In this document: piece after piece, positions 24,111 through 37,695 of the stretch
Position numbering within the stretch: position 1 is the first letter of the stretch
How the letters are laid out: each line of letters opens with the position of its first letter
The notes under the pieces: generated by a model
Seen by the model: the letters and a program-made list of their open reading frames with translations, nothing else
Told to the model about the DNA's origin: nothing
Databases searched by the model: none
Position numbers and translations under genes: made by a program
Source of the DNA: Mobula birostris
Taxonomy: Eukaryota
DNA: 64,000 nt
Assembly: GCF_030028105.1 (NCBI RefSeq)
Contig: NC_092379.1
Span: 23,739,821-23,803,820, forward strand
Direction: 5' to 3'

Positions 24111-27079
24111 CTCGACACCATCTCATACAAAGCAGCAAATTATCCTGCCAACTCATGAACCATGCTAAATCACCATTACCAACACTAGTAGCACATTCTC
24201 AATGAAAAAGATACACTGCAACTTATTTCCCAGAGCATTCTGAGAGCTCTCAGACTCACAATTTATATCTTCGAACATAGCTTATGAAACCACGGAAAAA
24301 AATATATATACTCCGTAGTCCCCTCTTCAAGTCTCGCTGTATTCTCATCAATACCAGGCCAATTTCCCTTTGTTGCTGGGACTCACTCCTGAAAGTCTAC
24401 TTCCACCAACATTGTGGACATATCTTTGCCAGCCGCTTTGCAATGAAAAAAAAAATGAAGAACCCCACTCCATTCTCTTAGGAAATTGAGGGAATGAAAG
24501 TAAATGCCGCTGTGTAAGAGAAGCCTAGGCCCTGAACGCGCGTTGAATTAATCGGGGCTCGTACATTGGTTCCTGCGTTACATCGGCATCCACAGCCGGC
24601 TGGTCTGAGAAAGATCCGTGTGTTCCCATTCTCTGCATTTTAGCTAGAACCAACCCTCATTCAACTCTAATAAATTCCCGACAAATGCACATATCTGATT
24701 TTGTTGCCCAATGTGTATTCTAGAGCATCAAAGCGCTCTGTTTTAAAATACAAATTCGGGCTTTGCAAATTCCTTCCTTATTTTGTCCATTAGGACAGAC
24801 AACGGTGGTTGGCTATTGTTTATGTTCGTACTGGAGGAGGGTAAATCCGAGTGTTCTCCTGTAACTATTGTTGTGGAATTTAGTTTTCTTTTAGTGTATA
24901 CCACATCTTCTAAAGTTATGGGTAGTAGAACATTTGACTGCTTTTTAAATATTGAAAAGAATATGTAGTAGGATTTAAGTTGGGTAGTGAAACGGGCAGC
25001 CATGCGGTAAATATTTTTAAGTAGATAGAGATGTTATGTAATAGGTACTGATCGAACGAATGAGGCAGTGGAAAAAATATTCTCAAAGGTATGCAACAAT
25101 TAGTGAACGCTGCAGGACAGCCTAGCTAGGGCTATTTAATGACATAAATTGTGAGCTTTATCGAGAAAGGCATTAGACGATAAGTAGTGCATCGGTGGTA
25201 ACTTTTATAAAACACTCATAGAATCTTATTTAGCATACCAGTCGTTCCACTATCAGACAGATTCGAATGTATCAGAGAAGGTCTAAATTTAGGACATTGT
25301 TTCCTGTTCTGAGGGCAGGAGTTACAAGGCTAGAACAGGAGAATTGGGTTAGATTCGCCTGGGAAAGAAAATATTGAAGCGAGATTTGATGGAAATAAAT
25401 AGCCAGAAATCTGAACACCATGGGTCATAGAAAGTTGATCCTTGTTGTCGACGGAAGAAATACTAGAGTTCATAGCACAAAATAAAGGGGAAGAGTATGC
25501 TTTCATGAGGGGAATGTATGTGGGTGACTTTTGAAATCTTGTAGGTATGTTGCTTCTCTCAATGGGAGATTAAAAACCTGATAAAGAAAATTTGGAAAGG
25601 TTACAAGATATGGGTAGGTCGATCTGTGACAGCTGGGACGGATAAGATGTGTCGAATCTCTTTCTGAGCTGTAGCCATTTTGTGATTCTAAGGGATACTT
25701 TCTCAAAGATATCCACGTAACTTTTCAACCAAAAACTTTCTTTCATGAATCCGTATGGATTCTGCATAATCGAAAGGTTAATTTAAGTGGCTTCATATTA
25801 TTTGTCTATTACACACTCCAGAATTTAAGACCTGATGTCTGATAAACGTTCAAAGCTACATGAATTTTCTCTCATTTAGTGGGTTAATTGGTCATATGGT
25901 CACGTTGAACAAGAAGGGCTGTTAATTTGCCGTATCTTTAAATTGGAAAATAAAAAAAAATAACATACAATAGGGAAATGCTGTTACTGTCACCCTCCCT
26001 GTCACCTAAAGGTTACTTTCCAGTCCACACTATTCAAATCCAAACCAGCATCCATAGAAATTTGGAAGACATTAAGCAGGGCAGCAAATCTATTTTAAAT
26101 CTACAAGCATTCGGACAGCAGTTACTCTACTTCCAGAGAAGGCCAAAGAAAATTTGCATGTCTCCTTTAAAACACACCAACTGTTTTGCAACTGCTCTGC
26201 TGGAAATCGCAATAAACTGCAGAATGGTGGACACAGGTCAGCAATTCACAGAAACAATGATCCTCTCAATGGAATGTGTTTGCAGTCCATTTTGTACGCA
26301 GCTAACATATTCTAGAACCCTTTCCACCCCAGTAATTTGCCTTCACCTCACCACGTCGGCAGATGATATGAAACCCGTAGGCATATACCACCAGATTCAA
26401 GCGATAGCTTCTACTCCCACCATGTTAAAAGACTATGAATGGTTTCCCAGACGATAAAAAGATTCTTGACCATACAATCTACTTCCTCGCGGCCTTGCAT
26501 CTTGTTATTAACCTGCACTCTCTCTGTAACCACAACATCAATTCTGCATTCTGTTATAGCTTTTCTTTCCAGGTACCTCAATGCATTAATGTAATAGAAA
26601 TTATCTATGTCGATGACATAAAAGAGATTTTCATTATTCCTCAGTACACGTGATAATAATAAACTCATATACTAATTTACCAATTCGTTACATTGAGGTT
26701 GATTAGCTTTTCAGGTGTCTTTTTAACTAATACAAATTTATTTTACTCCCTTTATTGAGGAAGGTCCTGCGTTCTACTGTTTTCCTCAGAGGCACCTTAA
26801 AAAAAAAGGCGGACAAGTAGGAGTCTTATAAGTCATCCGCATTTTACTTGTTTCTCATTATAAATATTCCCACCAATTTATACCCTCGGAGATTTCTTTT
26901 CACTTTTGACACATATCAATTGAAGATCTTAATGCCCAATTCACTCCTACTTGATAATGTACTCCCTTGTTCTATGTTTCCTTGATTGTGAATTTCGGTG
27001 TAATTTTTCCTGAATTTGGTAATTTTCCTAATACCTCTTCATTTTTTTTTGCCACATTTCAAATCAGAATGTAGGTTAA

Positions 27080-28330
27080 TTGTCTGCTGTGAATTACCAT
27101 AGCGCAGGCTGTGTGAGGAGAAAAAAGATGGAGTTGATCCATTTACGAGAAGTACGATTTTGTGATCTATTTTTGGATAATTGTTTAATGTCCTTTGAAC
27201 AATTATCTAATAAATATAGCTTGCCTAGATCACATTTTTTACAAGATATTTACAGATTAGAAACTTTTAAAATATTGTTTCTCCTACCTTCCCGAATTTA
27301 TATTCATCGGATATTTTGAAAAAAAATAGATTTAAATCCTTTTCAGAAAGATGTAATAGCAATTATTTATTATATAATTATGAAAATACGTCCAGACGTA
27401 TCTAATAAAGTTAAGACTGATTGGGAAAGGGAACTTAAGAATACTTCACCGTTTGAAAAATGGGAAAAAATCAATTATTTAACTCATCCTCTATATGTGC
27501 TAAACATGCGTTGATATAGTTTAAAGCAGTGTATAGGGCTTCTATGTCTGAGGATAAATTAGCTCGTTATTAGTCTCATATAAATCCTGTATGTGATAGA
27601 TGTCGCTTTGAGGTAGTTTCTTTAGCTCATAGGTTTTGGTTATGTCCTTTTTTGAAAAAAAAAATGGAAAGATATTTTTGATATTATTTCAACTGCTCTG
27701 AATATTGATTTACATCCTCAACCTATCATTGCAATTTTTGGGTTACCAATGATAGAAACAAGTCAATTAACCTCTTCAGCTCGTAGGATGACTGCATTTC
27801 TTATTAATGGCTAGAAGATCCATTTTGCTGAGTTGGAAAGAGATTAATTCTCCCACCACAGTTTATTGGTTCTCTCAAACTATGTTGTGTGTAAACTTAG
27901 AAAAAAAATAGGGGTGTTATTTATGATACCTCTATTAAATTCGAAAAGACTTGGAGGCCATTTATTCAACATTTTCGTATGATTTAATTTGACCTTTCCA
28001 GACTTATTCTATTCCTTTTTAATATATGTTGAGAGGAGCGGAGTCGACGACACCATTAGTTCTTTTTTTTGATGTTCTATAAAAGCCCATGTCTTTTTTT
28101 TAACCTAGTTTAGTTGATTAACACTGTTCAGGTTAGTTTTTCTTTTAGGGTATATATATATTTTTTTTCATTTTTCATGATTTTTTTTCTATATATATAC
28201 TTTTTTTTAATATTACATTTGCTTCCTGTATGATTGGGAGGTTTAATACCCATGTGTCAATTGGGTTTATATTTAACTATGTTAATCATAACAATGTTTC
28301 CCAATAACTTTGCATAACTACTATGGTATA
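27080..28330 (+). mobile_element. Degenerate L1/Tx1-type LINE 3' ORF2
   Basis: Pieces read SFEQLSNKYSLPRSHF, WERELK, CDRC...HRFWLCP (C-terminal cysteine-rich motif of L1-like ORF2), then an AT-rich 3' UTR; many frameshifts. Confidence 0.65.
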
Positions 28331-30300
28331 TTTATCATTAGGAAACTAATAAAAAGTTTGAGTTAGGAAGAAAGATATATGAAAAGTAATGGGTTGCCAG
28401 CGAATAATTTGGAAAGTGTATTTGGTGGCATTTCTCCGAAATGGCATTCACTGAAATGTCAGAAAGACCTAATTGTGTAACAGGGACAAGCTCAGAAAAA
28501 TAACAAAGTCAGGTTAATGTAATTCCCGCTTACATCAGTTCTGCACACCTCATCTGACAATTTCCTATTATGCTTTCTTTTTCACCTTTTAGTTGCACAT
28601 TACTTGATGTAATTGAAACCCCTTTACTGTCCGTTCATTGCCTGAGCAGTTAGATTCCTTTCTTCCAAATCCTGCCTGCTAGTGAATGCCTCACTGTTTA
28701 TTATGTTTAGATTCAACGCCCTGTCTGAACGCATCACTTACAGAACGAATAGAATAAACTATCATTTCCTTGGAAACCATGAGCACAATGGTCAATTTAA
28801 AACATCTCCTTTAACGTTTGATCTTGTACAATATAATGGAATCTTGACCTCTCAATCTATCTCATCGTAGCCTTGCAACTTATTGTAAGACCCTATTGCA
28901 CTTTTTATCCACTACGGTTATCAAGACTTACATTCAATTGTCTGTTTTTATTTTCTCTCTTTCCCTATCAAAATTCGGTGTGGGTGGGGGTGGTGGTGTG
29001 GGGGATGGTTATATTTACGGCCCTATAATTCCAGGACCCTATGGAGCTTTGCAAGGTAGTAAGTAGAGAAGTTATTCTCTACAGTCAACTGTATTTATTG
29101 ATGTGAACTTTACTCTTTCTTAACTCTTTACTGTTTTGACAGTGATACATTGAATAATTTCTCAATACGAAACAATTCAGTGTATGAACTTATCAGGTGG
29201 CTACCTTTTATTTTGCTGGCAATAGCCGTGAATATTCTATCCACAGCTGCCGAATAGTAAGTGATGAAAATTCTTCGACATAAAATGTTAAACCTGTTTC
29301 TTCCTCCACACCCACTACACGAACTGCTAATTCTTCGAGCACATTTGTGAAAACTTTCTGACATACTGAATATTTCACAACAAAGTAACTTCACTGAAAC
29401 TTTATCATTTGGCCTCAGTTTAAAAGTAATCTGAGAAAATAAATCAAGAAATTTTATTTTCAGTCGTAGTTGGCTGGTAACAGGATATAATTTAAAAAAA
29501 AAAATAATTGAGACAGGGGCGAAGCGAGTCGACTTTAAGGATCAAATGCAAAGTGGTTAGGACCAAGAATTTTATAAATAGTAAATAAAGAGTAACATTC
29601 CAGGTGGATTTAATTCTAAAGAACATAAATAGCATAGGAGAGAACATTGGAAATATATATGAAAGGCGCAAAGACAAAAGAAATTCATGGCGGATTTATT
29701 CTTGATTTTGCTGCATCAACATAGTCATAGAAAAGTGGACACCGACAAAAGTTCTTCGGCCTAGTGGCACCCCGCTGATCATTAACCAGACATTTACAAT
29801 GCTTATGCGCTGATCCTATTCTAATTACCCTGCATAAGATCTGCACAGACCTCACTGCAATCTTCCGTCAACTCACCTAATATTCTGCAGCTCATTTACA
29901 CACTGAGAATAATTTAAAATGTTCAATTAACCTGAAAATCTTCATGACTTTTGGAAGTTAGCAGGGGCGTTAGGAACGGGCATCCAGAGGAATCCCTCGT
30001 GGCCTCAGGGAGTGTGTGAAAACTCCATGGATACTGCCCCGAGTTCAGTATTGAACCATGGTTTCTGTCTTAGTGAAGCAACAGCACTACGAATGGAGCC
30101 ATTGTGTAAAGAGGTCTCGAATTTCGTGTGCAATGCAGTCGCTACATGGGTGGCTTACAGTTCCACTTAGAATGAACTCTAAGTGACTTAATTTCCATCT
30201 CAGCTTCTCTACTCGCTGTTAGTTAACAGCCAGCAAAAAAAAAAAAAAAAAAAAAAACGAACATATACATTTACCGGAAGGAGAGGATGCTCGCACTTAC

Positions 30301-30359
30301 TTGGCACAGCTGTTAGCTGGGCCATGCTGCCAAATATGAGTTTGTAAGTATAATATTCT
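30301..30359 (-). pseudogene. TRDJ: TCR delta J-like segment, non-canonical (FGSM) with poor RSS
   Basis: EYYTYKLIFGSMAQLTAVP + A|gtaagt donor; heptamer CACAAAC (30360-30366), no recognisable nonamer. Confidence 0.7.
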
Positions 30360-30961
30360 CACAAACAATAACCCAGCCCAATTTTTTCATTAGCCTTGAA
30401 CTGAACAACTTTACAAATACTCCATGTGTTGTGGAAATCTTTGGCATCCGTGCAATCAGCCAGTGACGGGACGTTCTATACAAAACATTGGGCGTTTCTC
30501 TGCCTGATAGCTATAACACAAGCCCAAATCCAGAATCGTCCCGGTTAGGAGGACATTTTTGTGCAGGAACCCAGGAATCAATCGCCAGATGTTTATATAT
30601 TATTTGGGCTACTACCCTTCATTAGAATGGGAGTGAAGGTTCAGCGTGTATGCCAGAGCTCACTTAAGAAGCGAAAGAAGTGGGTTAGAATTCGATCATG
30701 GAGCCGTTATCACCAGGACGGGCTGAACGACCTCCTACTCCAGGAAGGCTTCAGGAGAATAGTTGTCATGCGGCATATTGACACAATTCTCCCACTAACC
30801 ACCAGGACCATCAGCAACAATTTCATCCTGTTCACCCACACAGCCAAATTCCCTTCCGCAAGTACGATTTGACAGCACCGAACTACTTTGCAAGTAAAAT
30901 GCGATAGAAAACACGAGTGCTACTTAAATAGGTTTGTGAAAAGCAAAAGGCGATGACTTAC

Positions 30962-31012
30962 TGGGTTCAACGGTGAGTTTTGTGCCGCTTCCAAAGATCA
31001 TCCTCTCTGTGT
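30962..31012 (-). CDS. TRDJ: TCR delta J segment (C-proximal intact J)
   Basis: TERMIFGSGTKLTVEP + A|gtaagt; 12-RSS CACGGTG-12-ACAAATACA at 31013-31040. Confidence 0.93.
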
Positions 31013-32102
31013 CACGGTGTATTCAGCTGCTACAAATACAGCTCTTACCACATGAGAGACCCTTCTATGCTTTCTGAGCAAATTACGTTATTCTGCATTT
31101 TGAGGGCACTTTCAGGCTACATTTGCTTGTAATATACAGTGGAACAGACATATTTCTCCCATCCTTAGCGGCATCACAATGAAGCGCCGTAACACCAAAA
31201 CACTAATTTACTTGTCTTTAATCACCTCTACGGTGATATTGAAATGCATGACATGTTCCGAAGTGGTAGAGATGGGACATAGATGATTTGGAATGGGGTA
31301 GTGATGACTTTCCAGTCATCGTATAGATGTCTTCCTGGTTCCCGGGAAAAGGGCACCATGGGGATGATGCTGAAGAATTTGGATGAGTGCCGATGTGAGA
31401 CAGATTGGGATAGTTATGGTCTGGTCAAATACTGCAGACGCAGTGTTAAACTTTAAGGGGAGTTCAAAAGTAAGACCTGCAAGGTGCGACGACGGTAAAG
31501 ATAAAATCATGGCGGATTCATTCTTGATTTTGCTGCAGCTGCCTAGTGTAAGAAAAATAAGACACCAACAAAAGCCCCTTGGGTTATGGACACCCCGTGA
31601 TCATTAACCACACATTTACAATGCTTATGCAGGCAGCCCTATTCTAATATCCTTGCATTGGATCAACATAGACCCATAGCCTTCCACCAACTGACCTAAT
31701 AGTCTACAACTCGCTTACGCACAAGAATATCTTAGAGTGTTAAGTTAACCTGAAAATCCTCACTACATTTGAAAGATAGGAGGGTCGAATTGAACGGCAA
31801 CCTGGAGGAACCCTCGTGGCCTCAGTGAGCCCGTGAAAACTCCACGCATACAGCGCAGTGTTCGGTATTGAACCATGGTTTATGTCTCAATGAGGCAGCA
31901 GCACTAAGAGTTGAGCCATTGTGCAGAGAGTCTCCAAATATATGTTCAATATACTGGCAACATGCGTGGGTCTCTGCTTCCCTTAACATGAGCTCTAAAT
32001 GCATTTGACTTAATTTCAATAGCAACTTTCTCTCTCCACCGTCAGCTAGCAGCCGGCAGCAAAAATATACATCTACCAGAGGAAGAGGATGCCAACACTT
32101 AC

Positions 32103-32162
32103 TTGGCCCAGCTGTCACCTGGTTCCTGCCGCCAATTATGAGTTTTTTAAGTAGAATATTCG
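32103..32162 (-). pseudogene. TRDJ: TCR delta pseudo-J (IGGR)
   Basis: KKLIIGGRNQVTAGP + A|gtaagt; F and second G of FGxG lost; heptamer CACTTAA degenerate; paralog of the 30301 segment. Confidence 0.7.
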
Positions 32163-32813
32163 CACTTAAAGAATAACCCAGCCAAATCTTTTCACTAGCG
32201 AAAAATAACCATGAATTGAACAACTTTACAAGTACCCCCTCCCCTATGTTGTAAGAATTTTTGGTATCAGTGTGGTTAATGGAATCAGCCAGCGAAGCTT
32301 CGTTACATATATAAACAATTTCTCTGCCTGATAACTTAAACACTACTCAAATTCAGAATCGTCCTGAATAAGGAAAAAAATGTGCAGGGTTGATTGACTA
32401 GGGGCTTAATTTTTTAAGTTCGAAATCCTGCCCTTTTTGCTATCTTCACCAGAATGGTAACGAAGTTTAGTTTGAAAGGAATTTATTACAAGTACCTGAG
32501 CTCACTCCGGGGAAGGTGGTGGTGGAATGAAGTAGATTATAATTCTATGACCTACATGGAGCCACGACGGGCTGAACGACCTTCAAAGTACAGTGAGACT
32601 CTGGGAGAGTTGTTGTCATGGGCTATATTGACGCAATACTCCCACTAACAACCAGGATCATCACCAGTAACTTCACCCTACATTCACCTGCACAGCCAAA
32701 TTCCCTTCCATGATCAAAATGTTACACCACATAACTACTTCGCAAGTAATACATGATGGGAAACACGATTGTTACTTTAATAGGCTTGTAAAAATCAAAA
32801 GAATACGACTTAC

Positions 32814-32861
32814 CTGGTTCCACCGTGAGTTTCGTGCCATCTCCAAAGATAAGCTTATCGT
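32814..32861 (-). CDS. TRDJ: TCR delta J segment
   Basis: DKLIFGDGTKLTVEP + G|gtaagt, close to human TRDJ1 TDKLIFGKGTRVTVEP; 12-RSS CACTGTG-12-ACAAATACA at 32862-32889. Confidence 0.95.
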
Positions 32862-34337
32862 CACTGTGTGAACAGCTGCTACAAATACAGATCCCACCAC
32901 ATAAGAAACCTTCACTGTTTTCATAGCAAATTGCCTTCTGCTGTATTTCTGTGCAATGGACATTGGAACCCATATAATGCTCCTCTCTTTTCCAACATCA
33001 CAGAAAAGCTCCGTGACTCCAAAACTTCAATTTATTGTTCTATCAGCTCTACTGTGATGCTGAAATGCATTACATGCAGTGGGCTAGTAGTGACGGGACA
33101 GAGATGATTTCAAGTGGCAGATTTCCAGTCCTTGTCATCGTATCGATGTTTTCCTGGTTTCACGAAAGACAGCACCATGAGGATGATGTTGATGAATTAG
33201 GAGGAATACAGGTGTGAGAGAGATTGGAGTTGGTGCAGTCTGGGCAGTTACGGCAGATGCAGTGTTGGACCCTTAGGTGCAAAAGGGGGAGTTCAGAAGT
33301 AAGACCCCGAAATTGGAAACTCCTGGTTTGCTGTCAGTAATCAAACACACCACATCCATGTGCCACCCTTCATCATTCCGAAGAAAAGCATAGCAAGAAA
33401 ATAACGGGGGCATTTCGGCGATTGTGGCAAACTGCAAGGTGGTGGGGATGGTTCTAGGATTCTCGAGGCATTGGGACCAGCCCTGGTGCAAGCACAACTA
33501 TTTGAAAAGAAAGGCTTGCTTTTGAACAGGACGGGACTGACTTCTACGTGGGGAGTGAGGGAGTTTAAAGTGTGATGCTAGTGGTGGGGTAGTGATGTTT
33601 AAGTTATAGAGTGTTACATTAAGTAAACAGAAGTCGAAAAAGACTAATAACTAAAAAAGTGATGAATGTTGCAGAACTTGTCCTACCTTCAGAATATTTT
33701 AGATGGATAAAAAGGAATACATAGAAACCTATACAATATATGCCGGCAAGTGCAAGAAGTGTAGGGAATAATGTTGATAAGTTAAAAGGACATATCTCTG
33801 TTTGGGAATATTATGTGGTAACCGGAACAGTAAATTGGTTTACAATTGGTTGCCTTGATATGTTCACTGTCGTATCTCTGTACTTAGATGCAGATTGTTG
33901 AGAAAAACATGGGCTGTCAGTTTTATAAAGTGACGATATTACCTAGTCATAAAGAGTTACGCCAGGAAACAGGCACTTCAGCCCACTGACCTCCCCTCCC
34001 CCACCCCCAACACCCGAACATTAACCACCTATTTTCATCAATATTACATTGATTTTTTTTTTAAATTCTCAAATGACTTTCTTTCGCTTATCCTATCACT
34101 ACAGGCAAATTACAGAGGCCTGTTAACCTATCGGTTCCGTGTTGTGAGAATATGACACGCAGTTCGAGACACTCAGACAAAAGACACATTATCTGTATAT
34201 TTCTTTCTGGAGCCCCATAAGAATATCATACATATACTTCAATGAGATCAGCTTCCGATTCTTTTTTCCAAATTCAGGCGAGTCTTTCTCCAGTTATTTT
34301 ATTCCCTTGCAATAATACAATCCCGCTACAATAGAAA

Positions 34338-35211
34338 TTAATCCCACGGACCTTCTATTTTAACTTTGTCAGTCCACAGGACTTGTTTCCAAAATGCATT
34401 AGGCTTGTTTAGATGTTCCTTTGAACCTTTTGAATAGAACCTTTTGGCTGCAATGAGCAAAGGTATGTTTGAAGAAAAAAGGGTGCAGAATTTCGTGAAA
34501 AGAACTCTTCTCCAACTGTTAAACACGGGGGTAGATCGATCATGCTTTGGGCTTGTCTTGTCGCCAGTGGCACAGGGAACATTTACTGGTAGGGGAAGAA
34601 TGAATTCAATTAAATACCAGCAAATTCTGGAAGCAAACATCAGACCGTCTGTAAAAAAGCCGAAGATGAAAAGAGGATGTCTTCTACAACAGGATAATGA
34701 TCCCAAACGCACCTCAAAATCCACAATGGACTACCTCAAGAGGCGCAAGATGAAGGTTTTGCTATGGCCTTCACAGTCCCCTGACATAAACATCATCGAG
34801 AATCTGTGGAAAGACCTCAAAAGAGCAGTGCATGCAATACAGTCCAAGAATCTCACAGAACTAGAAGCCTTTTGCAAAGAAGAACGGGCGAAAATCCCCC
34901 AAACAAGAAATGAAAGATTCTTAGCTGGCAAGAAAAACCGTTTACAAACTGTGATACTTGCCAAAGGGGGTGTTACTAAGTATTGCCATGCAGGGTGCCC
35001 AAATATTTGCTTCGAGCCCTTTTCCTTTTTTTGTTATTTTGAAACTGTAAATGCTGGAAATAAAAAAAAAACAGTTTTCTTGCTTAAAATATTAAATAAA
35101 TGCGTCATCTTTAACTTTATGCCCTTTGGATATCAGTTCATCTTCTACTCACTTAGTTATTCACCCTAACATAAATTTTGACCAGGGGTGCCCAAACTTC
35201 TGCATCCCACT
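34338..35211 (+). mobile_element. Tc1 (DD34E) transposon remnant with right terminus and an inverted 5' piece
   Basis: ORF 34444..35169 contains QQDNDPK...WPSQSPDINIIENLW (D34E spacing); ends in GGGGTGCCCAAACTTCTGCATCCCACT; 34340-34440 encodes EHLNKPNAFWKQVLWTDKVKIE on the minus strand. Confidence 0.9.
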
Positions 35212-35385
35212 TTCTGTGCTTGATAAGTGAAGTAGAAATAGAAATTGGGGGCCATTCAGTTGATCAGTGTTTCTGTTTCAAGACCGCTTAACTTACATTA
35301 ATTCGACTTCTCTTTTCTCATACGCATCTGATATACTATGACCAATACTATGACCTGTTTCTATTACTTTGCATTTCATATTACT

Positions 35386-36884
35386 TGACCCAACCCAAGC
35401 AAGGCTGCAGGTGCGGATGGTGTCAGTACCAGGGTGCTCAAAGCCTGTGCCCCTCAGCTATGTGGAGTACTTGGCCACGTCTTCAACCTGAGCCTGAGGT
35501 TCTGGAGGGCTCCTGTGCTGAGGAAGACATCCTGACTCGTCCCTGTGCCGAAGACGCCGCGCCGCAGCGGCCTCAATGACTACAGACCGGTGGCATGGAC
35601 CTCCCACATCATGAAGACCCTAGAGAGACTTGTTCTGTAGCTGCTCCGGCCTATGATCAAGCCACACTTAGATCCCCTCCAGTTTGCCTACCAGCCCCGA
35701 CTAAGAGTTGAGGATGCCATCGTTTACCTGCTGAGCCGTGTCTACGCCCACCTGGACAAGCCAGCGAGCACTGTGAGGGTCATGTTTTTTGACTTCTCCA
35801 GTGCGTTCAACACCATCCGCCCTGCTCTGCTCGTGTAGAAGCTGACAGCGATGCAGATGGATGCTTTCCTGGTGTCATGGATTCTTGATTACCTGATTGA
35901 CAGACCACAGTACCTGTGCTTGCAACACTATGTGTCCGACAGAGTGATCAGCAGCACTGGGGCTCCACAGGAGACTGTCTTGTCACCCTTTCTCTTCACC
36001 ATTTACACCTCGGACTTCAACTTTTGATGACTCTGCCATAGTTGGATGCATCAGCAAGGGAGATGAGGCTGAGTACAGGGCCAGGGTAGGAAACTTTGTC
36101 ACATGGTGTGAGCAGAAATATCTGCAGCTTAATGTGAAAAAGACTAAGGAGCTGGTGGTAGACCTGAGGAGAGCTAAGGTACCGGTAACCCCTGTTTCCA
36201 TCCAAGGGGTCAGTGTGGACATGGTGGAGGATTACAAATACCTGGGGATAAGAATTGACAATAAACTGGACTGGTCAAAGAACACTGAGGCTGTCTACAA
36301 GAAGGGTCAGAGCCGTCTCTATATCCTAAGGAGACTGAGGTCCTTTAACATCTGCCGGACGCTGCTGAGGATGCTCTAGGAGTCTGTGGTGCCCAGTGCG
36401 GTCATGTTTGCTGTTGTGTGATGGCGCAGCAGGCTGAGGGTAGCAGACAGCAACAGAATCAACAAACTCATTCGTAAGGCTAGTGATGTTGTGGGGGTGG
36501 AACTGAACTCTCTGACGGTGGTGTCTGAAAAGAAGATGCTGTCTAAGTTGCATGCCATCTTGGACAATATCTCCCATCCACTACATAATGTACTGGTTGC
36601 GCACAGGAGTACATTCAGCCAGAGACTCATTCCACCGAGATGCAACACAGAGCGTCATAGGAAGTCATTCCTGCCTGTGGCCATCAAACTTTACAACTCC
36701 TCCCTTGGAGGGTCAGACACCCTGAGCCAATAGGCTGGTCCCGGACTTATTTCCTGGCATAATTTACATATTACTATTTAACTATTTATGGTTCTATTAA
36801 TATTTAGTTATTTATGGTGCAACTGTAACGAAAACCAATTTCTCCTGGGATCAATAAAGTATGACTATGATTATGACTATGACT
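35386..36884 (+). mobile_element. Rex1/Babar-type non-LTR retrotransposon, 5'-truncated
   Basis: LDPLQFAYQPRLRVEDAIVYLL...VRVMFFDFSSAFNTI RT motif, YKYLGIRIDNKLDWSKNT, SFLPVAIKLYN; AATAAA then (TATGAC)n tail; in-frame stops. Confidence 0.85.
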
Positions 36885-37368
36885 AAGCTGAAAACTAAAT
36901 GTGCTAGGTTTTCTAAAATTGACTCCTTCTACCTTAGGCCATGAACTTATCAATCACCGCTCATAGGTAGACAGTCGGGAATGCCGGCGTTGGGCACGTT
37001 TGCCTTATGTAGGACATTGATTAGAGAGAAGGGGTGGGGAGTGAGGGGAATGAACTCAGTTAATGGGATGTATGAAGTGATGTGAGGGTCTTTTGGATTG
37101 TTTGAGAACTGACTTCGTATTTAAACTCTTGAGGCATACATTATGAAGTATTGACTTGACGTAGAATAGCAGGTCAGAAACGATTTTTTAAATTGTCTTA
37201 TGCTATTACTGAAGACCAGGATTTAATACCTTCACCCTCTTTCAAATTATGCGGTTTTGAAGGCCTCTACCCTAGAGTTGAGATACCACCACATTTATTC
37301 TCTGCTGCCTAACTCTGGTACTGTTCAGCAGAAAATAGCATTTCTCAGAAGGGAAGGAAAACACTTAC

Positions 37369-37418
37369 TTGACACAACTGCCAGCTGCGTCCCACCGCCG
37401 AATATTAGCTTCCTCTGT
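37369..37418 (-). CDS. TRDJ: TCR delta J segment with mutated heptamer
   Basis: QRKLIFGGGTQLAVVS + A|gtaagt; RSS CTCAGTT-12-GCACAAACA at 37419-37446 (CAC to CTC). Confidence 0.85.
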
Positions 37419-37648
37419 CTCAGTTACAATTGTCCAGGCACAAACATTCCACTAGACCAACCTGCCCATACACCACAGTCTTTCATGCTGCGTGACACTA
37501 TAGTTTAATCGTGCTGTCAGTGAATGATAAAGCCCTTTACTAAACAATTAAAAAATAAAAATTAAAACGTTGAACTTAGAGCGGAGAGTTTGGGTTTTGT
37601 TCAAGAACGATCAATTAGCAGAGTAATTAAAAAAAAACTCGAACTCAG

Positions 37649-37695
37649 GTGGCAAAACTGTTTCACCGCCATGCGTTAGCTTTTCCCTCTCATCT
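37649..37695 (-). pseudogene. Possible decayed J remnant
   Basis: REKLTHGGETVLP aligns to neighbouring Js with a 9-nt deletion; donor reads ctgagt; no RSS recognised. Confidence 0.4.

Larger units (their letters stand above)
29681..33310. repeat. Tandem segmental duplication (about 1.8 kb x2), each unit carrying one degenerate and one intact J
   Basis: Collinear similarity 29681-31480 vs 31504-33310 (e.g. ATGGCGGATT.ATTCTTGATTTTGCTGCA at both starts; GGGGAGTTCA.AAGTAAGACC at both ends); J pairs offset by 1802 and 1852 nt. Confidence 0.9.

Noticed and set aside
23633-24168. ORFs of 66-146 aa in the J-C intron
   Set aside because: Derived from CT/CTAT microsatellite.
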